Source of the DNA: Euprymna scolopes | Lineage: Eukaryota | Assembly: GCA_053919585.1 (NCBI GenBank) | Contig: CM132819.1 | Direction: 5' to 3' (one strand) | Length of the DNA stretch: 64,000 bases | In this document: positions 52,664 to 64,000 of the stretch, one piece after another | Numbering within the stretch: position 1 is the first letter of the stretch | Layout: every line of letters starts with the position of its first letter | Made by a program: the position numbers and the translations under genes | Notes under the pieces: model-generated | Seen by the model: the letters and a program-made list of their open reading frames with translations, nothing else | Told to the model about the DNA's origin: nothing | Databases searched by the model: none

Positions 52664-53329
52664 AAAAGTAATAGTTTTTATATATTTATATATATATCTA
52701 TGATAAAAATAAACAAAATTGTATTATTAAAGGCAATTATTTTAAAATTACGTGGGTGATAATGTAGAACATTTCCAAGTGATATATGCCCCTTTGAATC
52801 GTCGGATGAATAAGTCATGTCTCTATTTACTTGCTTTAACTAAGGCAGATATAGTGCGAGGTCGGTTTTTGATGTGGGAAAAATCCAGCTCCCTAAAAAG
52901 AGGTACTCTGGATAGGAGCAAAATTAAAATTGTCGTGGTCTTAAAGGGTTTCTCCTCCACTGACTAATGACAGAAAATGAGAAGTGTAGCATCAGATAGA
53001 TACAAAACTGCGAAGGCCAGACGAATCTCCTAATAAACCACTTAGAAACTTAAATAAGACAATATTGATTTATTTGATATACAACAAACAATGCAACATT
53101 ATATGAAGATAAAATACCACTTAATTAGCCTCACACAAAATATATTAATGCGGTTGAAAAATGTAAGGAGTTAGTTTCGTATCCACAATGCACATTTTAA
53201 ATATTATCCTAGTTAACACATTACAAAAAATAAATATAAGTTTAATAATGTAATATTATATATTTTTAAATTTTTCTCCCAAAAGTTATTCGCGGCATGA
53301 TTAGCTTTACATTTAAAACCAAGGTGGCT

Positions 53330-54040
53330 AGTTAAATCAATAACCGATGAATGGGCTTCTATAGAATTTCCTTCCCGACACCAGGAATATGTTGTTTATG
53401 TTGGACTTGAAGACATCCAGGTTGTAGTCCGGGGGGGGGAACAGACAAATGGAACAGAGTTCCACATGTAGTATTGGGAATCCCAGATTAAATGCTATAT
53501 TGGTACTTTTTGAAATAGAAAGATATAAGCATATTGTGATTCCCATCAGCGAGTTAGCAGGGTCAGAAGGTTAAATTTGAAAGCCATCAAACCAAGTCAC
53601 CTTTAATTACCTTGATTAGATGCACCGGAAACAAAGAGGTGACACGGGAATTATGGTCCTAGCCTTCCGGTTGACGGTCATATGGGGAGACAGTGCTTTT
53701 GGCTAGCAGAAACACAAGACGGGAGATTTCGGGTCTCTCCCCGACAACGAGGATAAAAGATTGAAGCTTCAGTCCATCTTGTTGTCATTAATGATTCTGT
53801 CTGCAGTGCCCACTCCTCAACAAGATGGAGACCTGCGTTGAAGAAGATATCATCCGCTGGTCAAGGCAACCAGGTATTGCACATACACGTCTCGGAGACT
53901 TTCAAGACAAGAAACGGTGTAAGAATAAGAACACACACTCACACACATATAACAGCGAACTGCACGTAGCATTCGTAAGAGCATACACACACAACCATAT
54001 ATGTAAGAACACAGACTCTCAAAAGTACCCTTAGTAGTGA
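53330..54040 (-). mobile_element. Internally deleted CR1-like element or SINE with a CR1-type tail
   Basis: 3' part encodes CLFPPPDYNLDVFKSNIN (CR1/L2 C-terminus); the 5' ~550 bp is non-coding, UTR-like. Confidence 0.55.
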
Positions 54041-54169
54041 AAGTAAAAAGAAAGAGTAAAAAGAAAACGAAGTAAAAGTAAACAATTAGTAAAGTAAATG
54101 ATTAAATAAGTAAATAATAAATAAACACACACACACACACACCATTTTTTACACACAGGCCTGCACTTG

Positions 54170-54500
54170 TAAGAAAGAAGTTTTGTTCATGGAATCTACG
54201 TTTTGGTTTTTACACAGATAGTGTGGGGAACATTTTTTACAGTGATTTGTGCTAGACGGGAGTTTCTCGTGAAAGATGTGCGAGGGAAGATCAAAGAGTG
54301 GGGCTCAGACGAGCACTTGCCATGGAAGTAACGATAAAACAAACACAGGCTCGCAACGTCTATCCTGTTAGAGAAAGGTTGAAGGGAAGAGAAAAGGGCA
54401 TCCCCCACTAAGCCACGAAGCTTATTTTGTACTCTGTCAAGGCAGGATAGGCTGTTTTAGCAGCTCCTTAGCAGATATGGCAGCAGTACTCCATCGTGTC
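54170..54500 (-). mobile_element. CR1/L2-group LINE fragment
   Basis: ORF 54196-54408 GDALFSSLQPFSNRIDVASLCLFYRYFHGKCSSEPHSLI. Confidence 0.88.
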
Positions 54501-54610
54501 TACTCACTAAATAAATCTATTTTAGTTGCAATTGCAACGAGGGTTTCTTTTCATTAAGATTTACAGAATCTTATTGACTTATGGATGCCGGTAAGTTTAA
54601 TACGTGACTT

Positions 54611-55636
54611 TGTTACATGATAAGGGTTGTCCCCTTTTCATGTAAGTATAAAAATAGAGAGATTTAGTTAAAATGAAAATGAAATAGAATAGACGAAATT
54701 CGAACCTCGTAAATTAGGTTTAGACATAGATTACGAGAGAGAATTAGAAAGTGGAATGTAAAACAAACCATTGTTTAGCTTAGAAATAAAATAGTTTCAA
54801 GAAAAGAATGTGCGTTGTCAATTCTGTTATGAAAAATTCAATTGCGGAATGCAACTACAAAATAATTTAATAAACACGTTTTTAACATATTGGAAATATA
54901 GATTACTGGGAATATAGGTTAAAATTCCTTTTGTAAACAAAGGAAAAAGTTTGGACACGTATGTCCAGAGCACGTGAAAGAAGACACATGTTTTAACATG
55001 TGTATGACGTCATGGAAAATGGGAAGTTCTAGATATAGTTAGAAAACTTTAGAGTTAAGGAGGAGAAACCGAAGGAAACTCAGAGAGAGTCTGAGGACGA
55101 CAAACGACAGTCCAGACATGGACATTCAAATGTCTAGAAGCGAGACTGTTACTTTTGAAACTTAGAATGAAGCTTTGAATTCTTGATGAGAAAACCACGA
55201 CCGCTCCTGAGAAGAAATAAACCCCTCATGTGTGTTTATAAACGTCGTCTTCGTGTTGTAATTCTACCAAAAGGTAAAGTGAAAATTGTTATTATATGTC
55301 TTGTATATCATGTGTTTTAAAATGTATTTACATACACATCTTACATACACGTCTCGACATCTCATATCTACACTAAGAATGTCTGAACACTATCTCCTCA
55401 CTCAAAGAGCTTCTACACTTCTAAGTACGACCATTTTATACATATGAAACTCTCTTACAACATCCCACACAATATCCCTCTTAATAAGACTCTCTAAGAA
55501 AGTATTTTACTAAGACTCTTATATAACAAACACGATTTGAACACGAACAATCTCTCATACAACATCTCTCTTTTAATAAGACTCTCTCAACAATCACTCT
55601 TAACAAGACTCCTAAATATAACAACTTCCTGTAATA
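54611..55636 (+). mobile_element. Probable solo LTR (~1 kb)
   Basis: Terminal inverted motif tgttacatga ... tcctgtaata; internal aataaa at ~55216; short internal repeats of ctctt(a)ataagactct at ~55480-55612. Confidence 0.5.
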
Positions 55637-56145
55637 TATTCATTAATATACGTGTCTTCGCCAGGAACCCAGATTCTCGAATTCAATTACTCGAATGTGA
55701 ATGCGGTATTTTAATAAGTTTTATTAGAAAAAAAAATACACAAAATTTGTAGAGAAGCTGATTTGTTTCGTACCCGTGTAAAGAGGCGTAAAATATGGAC
55801 AGAAAAGTAGACGGATAGTGTTGTAGATGGCATAAAGTATCGCTTGACAATAGACAGAATGTCCCCGTTTGAACGTAACATCAATTCATTAATAATGTTC
55901 TATGTTTATTTTTGAACCTGATGTGTTACTTTAACTTTTATAATCAAAAACCGTTTATCCTGTAAATTAAATAAGAGAAACTAATTCGAATAATTGAATC
56001 TAGCCAGTTAAAAAAATAATGACTTACGGATCCATACGAATATACTCATAACAATTGTTTCGTTTAAATAAAAATGATCAAGCTAATCAAATCGCTTACA
56101 ATGTTGGCGAGAATATCTTATTCCTAAATCTATTGATATGATAAA

Positions 56146-59100
56146 TGTAGAAACTGGTCGGAAAAAAGTGAAACACCGGTCGTCATGCAGTGTTATAAAT
56201 TTAACGCTAGTCTAGAACTCGATAGGTTTTTAAGTCCACTTTGCATGGCGCTACGAACAGGCTTTATTTTTACAGGATTATTTTCTTACTAAAATTTGAA
56301 TGATAATGGCGGCAGGACAACGCGATGACGAGTATTAACTGCAACTAGTCTGTTAGTTGATTAATTCACAGAAAGAAAATAACGAGATTCGTGATGACAA
56401 TGAAAATGTGTCGAACTGGATCCTACACTTAAAGACCGGACATACGGTTATCGATGATGGTTATACCGACAGGGACAAGGCATTATTCATCAACACTTTG
56501 ACCCAGTACAAACAAATGTGCTGTAAAAAGGACCCCGCGGAAATACGCAATGAGTTAAGAACGGCTTGCCCGAACGAGGTAAACATATATTTATTCTAAC
56601 TAGTAGGGCCCAAAGCCACTGGAGAACAGTTCCTACGGAATATACGACGCATTGCAGTGAAAGGTCTACATCAAGAGATGCATAGACATATATTCCTCAA
56701 TGCGAGACAGCAAGAAGGGGAGGATCCCGCACAGTTTTTAATAAAGCTACGATCCCAAGCGAGGTTTTAGAAATTTCATTGTTCAGTGTCCTAACGAGAG
56801 ATTCCGGCAGAGGATAAACTATTCGAAGGCTAAATTACTCGTACTTAGACTTGCAAATACAGAATATTAGTGCAAGTTGTTGGCTGTAGTCAATACCGTA
56901 AAAGCAGTGGAATAGAACTTTCATTGACTGATTAGTCTAGGGACAGCGGATACGTCGAGTCCTCACTTTGAAAGCAGCATAAATGATCATTTGATGTTTG
57001 CGTGAATGAGATCCGAGAGGGAATTGTCTCGGAAAAGGGAGGTACCAAGAACCTCTCGAAATAAACCATGTGGCGGGTGTGGGAGGATATAACGCCTCAA
57101 TTAGTTAAAAGGACTGAAGAACTGTCCGGCGAGGGAACTCAGATGCCATAATTGTGGTATTATCAGACACTTATGAAAAGTGTGTTGAAAATCAAAGAGG
57201 TTGACAACGGAATAAACGAGTGATTTAACCCGACACCAATCAAAAATACTAAGCAGCAGAGGTGGAGAAAGAGCAGTATTTTTTGAACGAGAACAGAAAT
57301 TAGCAGCAATATCACATATTTCATGGAGCAGCTGCTGGTTTCAAACGAATCCTCTTGAACCACCACCCTTCATAAAAATCGAAGTATCCTAGATACGGGA
57401 ATCCCATGCCGAATATGGGCACCCTTTATATAAGGGGATGTTTTGGATAATGGTGCTCAAACATGTTCGGGTGGCCCTGAAATAATTGTAGGATGCACTA
57501 GCATATCAAACACTCATAGGACACGTGGAATCACGGACGACCTACTACACATTAAGATAATATTTTTTACGCGTATTAAGGTTGGCTTTTAAGAAACCAC
57601 ACATGTCGTTTGCATATCAGAAACAACGTCGGGATTTTGCTCATCCGAGTCAGCAGTGAATAACTTAGAGTTAATCTCTCGCAACTTCCCACACCAGATA
57701 TCAAAAGCTGATATGTCAACCTCGAATAACGGGATAGCACTATGTGGATGTCTCCTAAAAGAAACGTTTGCGGACAAACCAACAAGAATCCCGCTTAATC
57801 CTATTGAAAATATTAGGAAACGTTGGAACAATTGTTACAGGATCACTTCAAATCAAGTGCATTCAATACCTGCTCCCATTAACTGTTATAAGTGATATCA
57901 GAGAGGCCATTGGATATAACGTTCGCACCGGGAGCGCAACCATCAGCTTTGCACACACGCATTCCTTTCCCCCATCATTGGAAAACGAAGTCGAAAGAAG
58001 ATTTAGATATGGATATTGCATTAGGCATCATCGAGTCAGTACCAACAGATACGCCTACTATTTGGTGTTCGGGGATAGTGATTGTACGAATAACCAAGAA
58101 GACAGCGGACCTACAAAAACTGAATGGCACAAAGATGAGGATAACCCATCACACTCCGTTCTCATTTAACCGAGTGTCTGTTATTCCCGCGCGAACCAAG
58201 AAAATAGTTTTAGATGCATGGAACGGATATACTACTGCTGTTCCTAATTGCCAGAGACACAACCACATTTATAACAGAATGTGATATTGTCGGTACCTTA
58301 GAGTACCCTAAGGTTTCCATGCAACTGGGGGCGGGTACACTCGACGGTTTGACGATATTACAGTAAACATGCCACAAAGGGCTCGTTCCTTTGATGATAC
58401 CTTTTCTTTTGGATTACACTATAGGTTTTTTATGGCACACAGTGGCCTATATCACTCATTGCGGCAAAAATGGAATCGTATTTAATTTCATTTTGCAAGA
58501 GACGAAGTTGAATTTTCCGGCATTTTAATAACGGCTGACGGCTTATAGCTAACTAAATAAAATCGTCGTCGGATCGTGATTTAAACTAGTTAGCAAGATA
58601 TCATATGCATTTCCAAAGGCCGATATCCTAACCTCCTTTCAAGAAATGTTGTGCAATAAGGACGCAAATTCTATTGGGATACTACCCGAAAGGAGCTTTT
58701 CGAAGAATCAAATAGACAATTGTTTGGAAAATCGAGGAGGGGGTCAAAACATTAAAGATGATCAGAGCAACTTTGCTCTCAATAGTAATAGCAAGGTTGG
58801 CATCATATATTTTATGTTTCAGAAACACTGCCAAGGCTTAATGGAATTAGGGCCTAACTGTGGCAAGGACCACTGGAAAGTGATTTTGACTGGATCCTGT
58901 TTTACGAAGGATGTAGAATCTCGCTACCCTCTCATAAAGTGAGAAACTCTTGCATTGATATACGGATTGGAGTCTTTATACTGTTCATTTAAGGTTGCCC
59001 AGATTTATTAATTAGAGTGGATCACCAGTCACTGGTAAAACTATTCCAAGATTAGGTCCTGGAAAACATAAAGAAACCTTGTTTTCTTTCAAAAGACGGT

Positions 59101-60678
59101 TGTTAATCTACAGGTTTTGGATTAAGCACGTTCCTGAAAAATTAACGCCGCACTGAACTCCACCTCTTGATACCCGACGCCGTAAAGACATAGATTAAAA
59201 TCCACTGATACTACTCGGCAGATTGAGGAAGCCAGGTAAGCATCAATCACAGCCGCCTATGCGCATGACCCCGAATTTCAAGCTATGACATGAGGTACAA
59301 TCATAGCAACTGTGGCAATTGTCAAGGACTGAAGAACGTTAGCCATGTATATACGAGACGGATTCCGTAAGTCACGACACGAACTGCCACCGAATGTTCG
59401 GAAATTCTTGCTGATGCCAGACCAATTATATTGTATGGAAGGGGATAACATTCTGATACCAAATCAGTTTCGAGCTGAAGTACTAAAGGCACTGCACTCT
59501 GCCCATCAAGGAGTTAATGGAATATTGGCTTATGCTAGACAATATCGAAAATGCAATTCGATCGCCCTGCCCCAATCGAGAGAGCCACTAATGTAACCCT
59601 AAATCCCAGAATTCCCATTTCAAAAGACTGTCACGATATAAACTGTCACTGGATATGCATGGGAAGAGTAACATTGTCCATGGGGAGAGATACACTGGCT
59701 GATTTAAGTTGTCCCGCTACTATCAGAGAAAGCTGTAACAGTACGCGATGTATTGAGTGGTAGGTTCTGCACATATGGTGCGCCGAAGGAGATATCATCC
59801 GATGGAGGACCGCCATTATACTCATTGGAGTATAAATCGTTCCTGGGAGACTGGGGCATAAAGAGACTATATTATCCACACATTAACCCCAAACTAATAG
59901 CCGAGCCGAACTGACCGTAAAAAAGGTAAGGGAATTATCATGGACTGCATTAATGTCTACGGCCATCTAGTTCACGATCGGGCAGCACAGACGATGATGA
60001 CACATAGGAACCTGCCCCACGAGGACCTAGGATTATCACCCACCGATATGTCACATGTTATATGTTAAGTCGGCGAATAACTTCAGGTGCAGAATCAGGA
60101 GGACAATATCCGCGACGATGAAGAAAAACAGGGAGATTTGTCGAGACTATGGGTAATACCGGATACAGTTGGATTGAAACAGCAGGATCACACTACGAAA
60201 TCGTCTTTTCCTCCGGAAGATCAAACCTGGCATGGATACGCCAGGTTATTCGCTCGTACAACCACTCCCTCAAACACCTTCCTAATGGAAGACAGCATAT
60301 TACTCTGTGATATACACGAGACAATGGGCGTGTAAAATACGGATGATGACGTAGTGATGACAGATGACACATCTGACTCAAATATGGAGGTGGATAACCA
60401 AGCCCCGATTAGGCACAAACCCACGTATCCGATTACGCGACGCAGCATGACTGTATCATGACCACCCAGACCATGATCCCCACAAATGCGAGGGAACACT
60501 CACAATTACACAGAGATTTTCCAACAAATGACTACAAAACACCAGCGCTGCGGTTATAAAATTAAGGGAGTGCAGACGGCCGAGGAGGGTCGGAAAAAAG
60601 GGAAAAACCGGTCGTCATGCGGTGTTATAAATTGAGCGCTGTTTTCAGACTCGGTAGACGTCTAAAAATCACTTTACA
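56146..60678 (+). mobile_element. Full-structure but decayed Gypsy LTR retrotransposon with ~100-bp LTRs
   Basis: LTRs 56146-56245 and 60571-60678 (TG..CA), PBS tggcgctacgaacagg 56246-61, PPT aagggag, TSD ataaa/ataac; gag Cys/His knuckle relic ~57070-57170, protease LDNGAQTC ~57445, RT VLDAWNGY and GFHATGGGYTRRFDD, RNase H TKDVESRYP, integrase LHSAHQGV and ISDGGP. Confidence 0.93.
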
Positions 60679-62510
60679 ATAACTTATAAATTCAGAGGTA
60701 AAAAATGAGTTAAAAAAAAACAAGGTTAGGTCTAACTCAAGAACAAAAGATTATAAATAATCAGTCTTATAAATCACGAAGCCTTTTTCATATGCTAGGA
60801 TATAATGAAAGCCTTGAAATATTTTACAATATTTTAAGTTTATAATTGAACTTTCCTCCTTTAGGGAACGTTTTTATAATTTAATGGAAAAAAGAAAAAA
60901 TAGATTAAATCAACAGATTTCAATTCTATAGTCGAAAGATTAGGACGCGTTTATTCTGAATTGCCTTAATCGTGCGTGGTGTACACGATTGGAGGTCGAT
61001 CGATTTTAGAACTGGAAAGGATTATAAAAGGAAACAATCATTCATTCTGACCTTGAAATTAAACGAATGGAAGCAGCTAAATTAGGTTTGAAATGAAAAA
61101 ATCATATCCAATCTAGAGATACGGGTCGCATAACATTTAAAGCAGAATCGATGAATCCGGTGAAACAGGTTCAAATTCAAGAGCAGATTGAATGAAAATG
61201 TTCATAACATATTTCGAATACTTTCTTACCTCCTTGGTTTCCTAATTAATTTAGTTAAATATTTTGAATCAGGAAAACTTATGAATATAAGAAAACACAA
61301 AGTTAATCTAGAATAAGTCAGTTTCTGCATGATATATTTCTCACTACTATCAATCTCTATATTTCTCTATATTTCTCTGCTTGTCTCTCATTTCCTCTTC
61401 AACTACTCCTTGAAAACTAATTGTACCTGTGATGATATTCACGTTCGTTCATAAGTGCTAATCGGAACATTGTCATTGATGCGTTTATTTATTAACATGG
61501 AACGTTAATGGTAATGAGTGACAAACATGACATTAATAAAGAAGTATAGAATATGAGCAGAAGAGCTCACATAATCCGAGGGAGGTCACATGAGGGAAAG
61601 TGGTCACACGGCATGCATGGGAAATGTTCAAATATAAATATAGCAAGGAATAAGTATCTTAGTAACCTATTTGCAAAATACGGTAAATTCAGTTAATTTA
61701 ATGCATTGTTCAATCACTAAACAAGATAAATATTTAGCANNNNNNNNNNNNNNNNNNNNNNNNNNNNNNNNNNNNNNNNNNNNNNNNNNNNNNNNNNNNN
61801 NNNNNNNNNNNNNNNNNNNNNNNNNNNNNNNNNNNNNNNNNNNNNNNNNNNNNNNNNNNNNNNNNNNNNNNNNNNNNNTAAAAACCAAACCAGCTTCATG
61901 ATAATAAAGATTAAAAATAGTATGGAACAAAATGTGAACCATTTAAGTAGTACCATGAAGTCTGACCGAATTTTAAGTCTTTCATGATTTTACTTTAAGT
62001 GAGTGTATGTCATGTTATTATATAATATTTATGTATCATGTACATGCATTTGAACATTGTTTTAGTTTAACTTTTATTTTACGGGAAAAATATCATAGTT
62101 GGATACTATAAAACGTGACTGCCTCTATAAGGTGTGTTATAATTGTACGTGTACTTATTAAGAAGTAGTTTAAACAACAATAATTTAATGATTAAAAAAA
62201 ATAACAACAGAATATTATACAAACTTCAGCAATGAAAACATAAATATAGATGATGACCGATACAAATTATGATGTATGGATAATTTATTCTGGCACCACA
62301 TCCATCCTTGGAGAATAGAATACTAAGAATACAAATAACATTTCTTAAAACTCTTTACCTGTTTATTGTTGACGAAATAAGAACACACTATCTTGTAGAT
62401 TAAATAAACGACAAAAACATGGTGAATATAGCATCCGAGATGTGAACTCCAATCTGAATTATAAAGATAATAAAACAATATGCATTTTAATGCGCAAATA
62501 ATATTATAAA

Positions 62511-63312
62511 CTAGCTGTACCCTGTCACGCTTTGCTGTGGCTCAATTTGGTGGGATGGAAGAATCCACATCACCGCGGTTTTAGCACTCCGAAATCTACC
62601 AAAGAAATATTTTCTTATATACGAACGTGAAACGGACGTTTCGAACCCCCGAAAAAAAGACAAAAAAGGAAGAAGAATGGGGAAATATTGCCGCCTCTAA
62701 GGGAAAAATTTAAAAAGAGAAAAAAAGAAATAAACTATGAAAATAGCGAGAAAGGCAACGAACAAAACGAAATGTAACGGAAATGATTTATGATATGTTT
62801 ATTAAAAAAAAGAAAGAGATTGGAAAGACAGCGAACAAAGAGCAAAGAAACGGAAGAAAATTAAATGATTCGTTGTAAATTATATTTTTAGCGTAAAAAA
62901 ATCGGGCTGTTTTACAAAGAAAAAATGATGTTAAACTTGCCGAAGGAAGGGGAAAAACTGAAAAAGAGAACAAATAAATTTGAAAAATGGAAAGTTTGGG
63001 AAAACGAAAAACAGAGAAAGGAAACATAAATAAACCCAAATAAAATACAATAAAATAATCAAAAGAAACGATGTTATAAATATTGTAAAACGCGAAATGA
63101 AGCAGAATTGAAGTAAAATAATTTTCATTTTAAGGAAAGAAAATGTAAAGTTACTTGTTTTGTTTTTATTTTGGGCCAACGTAAAAGTAAGCCTGATGCG
63201 TTTCATCTAAATTGCAGTCCAGTTTTTATAGGTGTTCGTCCGTAATTTTCTTCTGTGTACGGTCACGGACGGTGTAAATGTGTGGCGGTGAAAGTATGAA
63301 TTTATTAGAGAG
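62511..63312 (-). mobile_element. Non-autonomous Helitron
   Basis: Minus-strand 3' end gccacagcaaagcgtgacagggtacagCTAGt (hairpin plus CTAG); 5' TC near 63312. Confidence 0.7.
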
Positions 63313-64000
63313 AGAAGAATTTACTACTTCCATTGACCGTAATCGCTTTTGGCAGTGCACCCTCACCAGATAAAATATAGGAAGATCCGATCAGCGAGGT
63401 AGCGGATAGGTAATATACCTATAACACACCTCAGATAGTGCGATGCAGCTTGTGTACAGTACATCTGCATAAAATATCTAGATTTTAAATCCCATTAAGG
63501 TAAAACTCGGAGGGGAAAAATGAGTTCCTTTTATTTATATAGAAGAAAGATAGAATAGATAGAAAAGATAATCCGCCATGTTTGAATCCCATTGTGGGTG
63601 TGGCATGCATTACAAAAATATGCTTACGAATATATCGTTTTTCCAAGTAGCTCACGCTAAAAAAACAACCATCTACGAGAAGGTAAAATGTGAAGGAAAA
63701 TCCAAGACGAAGTGCCGTAGCAATTATTTTAAGAATTATATTTATTAGCATTTCCATATAAAACACTACAAGTATATAGCCCCCATAAAGTTTTAATCTC
63801 TGTTATTTCTTAAGTAAGTATTATTATCGCACCCTTTGAAAATACTTGGTAACACAGATAAACTAATGGCCGTTCTTTGAAATATAAGAACGCGAACACA
63901 CCCATATCCTAGACAATGGCTGAATCCATAGAAAAATACATCCAGTTTCTAGTGGAATGAAAACAAAAGATGATAACTTAGGCAAAGCTCCTTTTTGTTA

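Larger units (their letters stand above)
2071..61878. other. Eleven N gaps (approx. 2071-2210, 11542-11680, 12595-12737, 29325-29495, 34170-34347, 35096-35273, 36145-36331, 37279-37410, 50056-50202, 50924-51094, 61740-61878)
   Basis: Runs of n; flanks lack consistent AG/GT or AC/CT, and several abut microsatellites or repeats. Confidence 0.95.

Noticed and set aside
2071-61878. N blocks as masked exons of one gene
   Set aside because: Flanks show no consistent splice dinucleotides on either strand; ORFs spanning them are artefacts of X runs.
63340-63470. Possible minus-strand exon (tttatgcAG ... GTgagg)
   Set aside because: No recognisable peptide in any frame; splice-like signals alone are insufficient.

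Overview
This is AT-rich (visually about 30% GC) animal genomic DNA, intergenic or intronic, with 11 short N gaps (about 130-190 nt) and many (TA)n/(CA)n/(ATT)n microsatellites. No intact protein-coding gene can be supported. The window is a mosaic of decayed transposons: an RTE LINE, several CR1/L2-type LINE pieces, Penelope-like elements (PLEs), two Gypsy LTR retrotransposons and solo LTRs, mariner, Merlin-like and hAT-like DNA elements, non-autonomous Helitrons, a 5S rRNA-derived SINE and a 26-bp minisatellite. The repeat families resemble those I associate with octopod cephalopods (inference, not checked). The most striking signal is RNA-structural: multiple type I hammerhead ribozyme (HHR) motifs. 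These include two copies (12.7 kb and 50.2 kb) of a non-coding palindromic element carrying back-to-back hammerheads, one per strand, next to (TA)n, and a cluster of three distinct hammerheads at 29.26-29.77 kb. A degenerate ubiquitin-specific-protease-like reading frame lies at 32.5-32.9 kb. All calls were made by eye; no database search was run.
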